From positions 1-54,940 of the forward strand of contig JBOGVK010000234.1 in assembly GCA_050692375.1 (NCBI GenBank): 54,940 bases of DNA, given 5' to 3'. Of this stretch, positions 53,489-54,940 are shown piece after piece. This DNA comes from Actinomycetota bacterium. Lineage in GTDB: Bacteria > Actinomycetota > UBA4738 > HRBIN12. The position numbers and the translations under genes were made by a program. The stretch's first letter is position 1, and every line of letters starts with the position of its first letter. The notes under the pieces were generated by a model that was not told the origin of the DNA, did no database searches, and saw nothing but the letters and a program-made list of their open reading frames with translations.

Positions 53489-54226
53489 TCAGCGTGTCAG
53501 GCAGCGCTCGAGATGCAGGGCGAGCAGCTCGGCGAACTCCGCGGGTGCCTCTATGTTTGACAGGTGCCCAGCGCCACCGATCACGACGAGCTCTCCGCCG
53601 GGGATCTGGCCGGCCATCGGCGAGGTGACCTCGGGCGGGATCAGTGTGTCGGCATCCGACGTGATGACCAGGGTCGGGACATCGATCGTGGCGAGATCCG
53701 GCGTGGAGTCGGGCCGCTCGGCCATCCCGAGGGCCGCCGCCGCGATCGACGCGGCGGGTTGTCCGGCGATCATCTCGCGGACACGCTGGCGGAGCCCGTC
53801 GCTCGCGCCCTCCGAAAGCAACGGTGGAGGCGTCTCAACGAGGAAGCCATTCCCTTCGGCGATCAGGCGCTGGGCGAGCGCGCGTCGACCGGCCGCGCCG
53901 TCTTCCGTATCCGCCCCGGCACGCGTGTTCGCGAGGATCAGCCCCAGGAACCGTGGCTGAGATCTGCGCCACAGCTCGAGCGCGACGTAGCCGCCCATCG
54001 ATAGACCGCAGACCATCGCGCGGTCCACGCCGGCCGCGTCCAGCGCTTCGACACACCTCGTCGCCGCGGAGGCCATGGACATCACGTCCCCGGCACCCAC
54101 CGTTCCTCCGAACCCGGGCAGGTGCGGCGCGACGACGGGGAGCGCGTCGGCGAACGAACCGAGCTGCGGCTCCCACATCCGAGCATCCAGGGGGAACGCG
54201 TGGATCAGCAGGACCCCGTCGGTCAT
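53489..54226 (-). CDS. Alpha/beta hydrolase
   Basis: It has the nucleophile elbow GLSMGG (GxSxG) and a C-terminal GAGHLSN histidine motif. Length is 245 aa. Confidence 0.8.
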   Translation of the reverse strand: MTDGVLLIHAFPLDARMWEPQLGSFADALPVVAPHLPGFGGTVGAGDVMSMASAATRCVEALDAAGVDRAMVCGLSMGGYVALELWRRSQPRFLGLILANTRAGADTEDGAAGRRALAQRLIAEGNGFLVETPPPLLSEGASDGLRQRVREMIAGQPAASIAAAALGMAERPDSTPDLATIDVPTLVITSDADTLIPPEVTSPMAGQIPGGELVVIGGAGHLSNIEAPAEFAELLALHLERCLTR

Positions 54227-54940
54227 CGGATCGCCTTCGCGTCGGGTCCAACGACGACGGGCAGGGCCCTCGGTAACACCTTGAACACCGCGGGCAGCGA
54301 ACCCACGCGCTCCCCATCGGCGAAGACCAACATCCTACGGTTCGCCTCGACCTTGACCTCGCGACCCCGCAGCATCGTCACGTTCGGGTGGGTCGCGTGC
54401 TTGCCGACGTAGACCTTCGGGAAGGCGCGCAGGAACGCTCCCTTGCTCATGGCCGAAACGACGCAGACGTCGAGCTCCCCGTCGATCACCGATGCTTGCG
54501 GGAGCACGCGCATCCCGCCGCCATAGGCGAAGCTGTTGCCGACGACGACGAGCATCGCGTCCAGATCCAACGCCGCACCGTCGATCTCGATGTGGAACCC
54601 GGCGGGCAGGAAGCGAGGCAGCGTCTTGATCGTGGCGAGCGCATAGTGACCCCGGGCGCCGAGCCTGCGCCGCATGGCGTTCGCCGTCTCCTCGACGGCG
54701 GAGTCGAAGCCTGTTCCGGCCACGTTGATGTAGCGGCGGATCTCTGCTCCGGCCGTGACCTCGATCAGATCCACGTCCATCGTCTTCGGATCCGCCAGGA
54801 GGCGCGTCGCGGCATCGAGCTTGCCGGCCCCGACGGCCTTCGCGAAGTCGTCACCGGTCCCCGCCGGCAGGACGGCGAGTGCCGACCCCGAACCGAAGAG
54901 ACCGTTCACCACCAGATGGACGCTGCCGTCGCCGCCGAGG
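54223..54940 (-). CDS. Diacylglycerol kinase family lipid kinase (N-terminus lies beyond the window end)
   Basis: The reverse-strand reading frame is open to the window edge and encodes ..LGGDGSVHLVVNGLFGSGSALAVLPAGTGDDFAK.., the DAGK catalytic-domain signature. The stop overlaps the hydrolase start (ATGA). Confidence 0.8.
   Translation of the reverse strand, partial: LGGDGSVHLVVNGLFGSGSALAVLPAGTGDDFAKAVGAGKLDAATRLLADPKTMDVDLIEVTAGAEIRRYINVAGTGFDSAVEETANAMRRRLGARGHYALATIKTLPRFLPAGFHIEIDGAALDLDAMLVVVGNSFAYGGGMRVLPQASVIDGELDVCVVSAMSKGAFLRAFPKVYVGKHATHPNVTMLRGREVKVEANRRMLVFADGERVGSLPAVFKVLPRALPVVVGPDAKAIR

Overview
This is a high-GC (roughly 70% by eye) actinobacterial-type chromosomal segment. 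It opens with the tail of an rRNA operon (23S 3' end, 5S, terminator hairpin) and then carries about 60 tightly packed genes plus one tRNA-Pro(GGG). Many adjacent genes overlap by 4 nt (ATGA/GTGA). Most of the window is housekeeping. From my memory of M. tuberculosis gene order, it is colinear with Rv1692-Rv1701 (HAD, tlyA, nadK, recN, steA, steB/mctB, pyrG, NUDIX, xerD), Rv1709-Rv1713 (scpA, scpB, rluB, cmk, der), Rv1822-Rv1832 (pgsA, gcvH, garA-like FHA, MerR, bifunctional nuclease, MerR, gcvP), Rv2051c (lnt-ppm1 fusion) and Rv2092c (helY). Other core genes are interspersed (ald, deoB, deoA, trpS, aroH, tyrA, aroA, hpt, cysS). The split gcvPA/gcvPB suggests a deep-branching Actinomycetota lineage; this is inference only. 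The stand-out region is a non-syntenic island at about 40.35-46.39 kb. It holds a minimal 250-aa reverse transcriptase with intact motif A and C aspartates, whose stop codon overlaps the start of a 504-aa metal-dependent amidohydrolase. A divergent Lrp/AsnC regulator sits across a short control region that contains inverted repeats. Next come a putative lipoprotein and a translationally coupled divergent FtsH-like AAA+ zinc protease with a roughly 70-75 aa Gly-rich insertion in its ATPase module. I saw no retron, group II intron, DGR, CRISPR or IS features around the RT, so I flag it as a candidate uncharacterised RT system. Other sequence-level oddities are: a 13-14 nt tandem repeat array directly after tRNA-Pro and running up to the pgsA start codon; SD-like tandem repeats upstream of gcvH; a 340-nt hairpin-rich non-coding gap; a site-2-protease homolog with both zinc-binding histidines replaced by arginine; and recurrent -10-like hexamers 6-8 nt upstream of start codons, which suggests leaderless mRNAs. 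All calls come from reading the sequence and translations by eye. No database searches were run.
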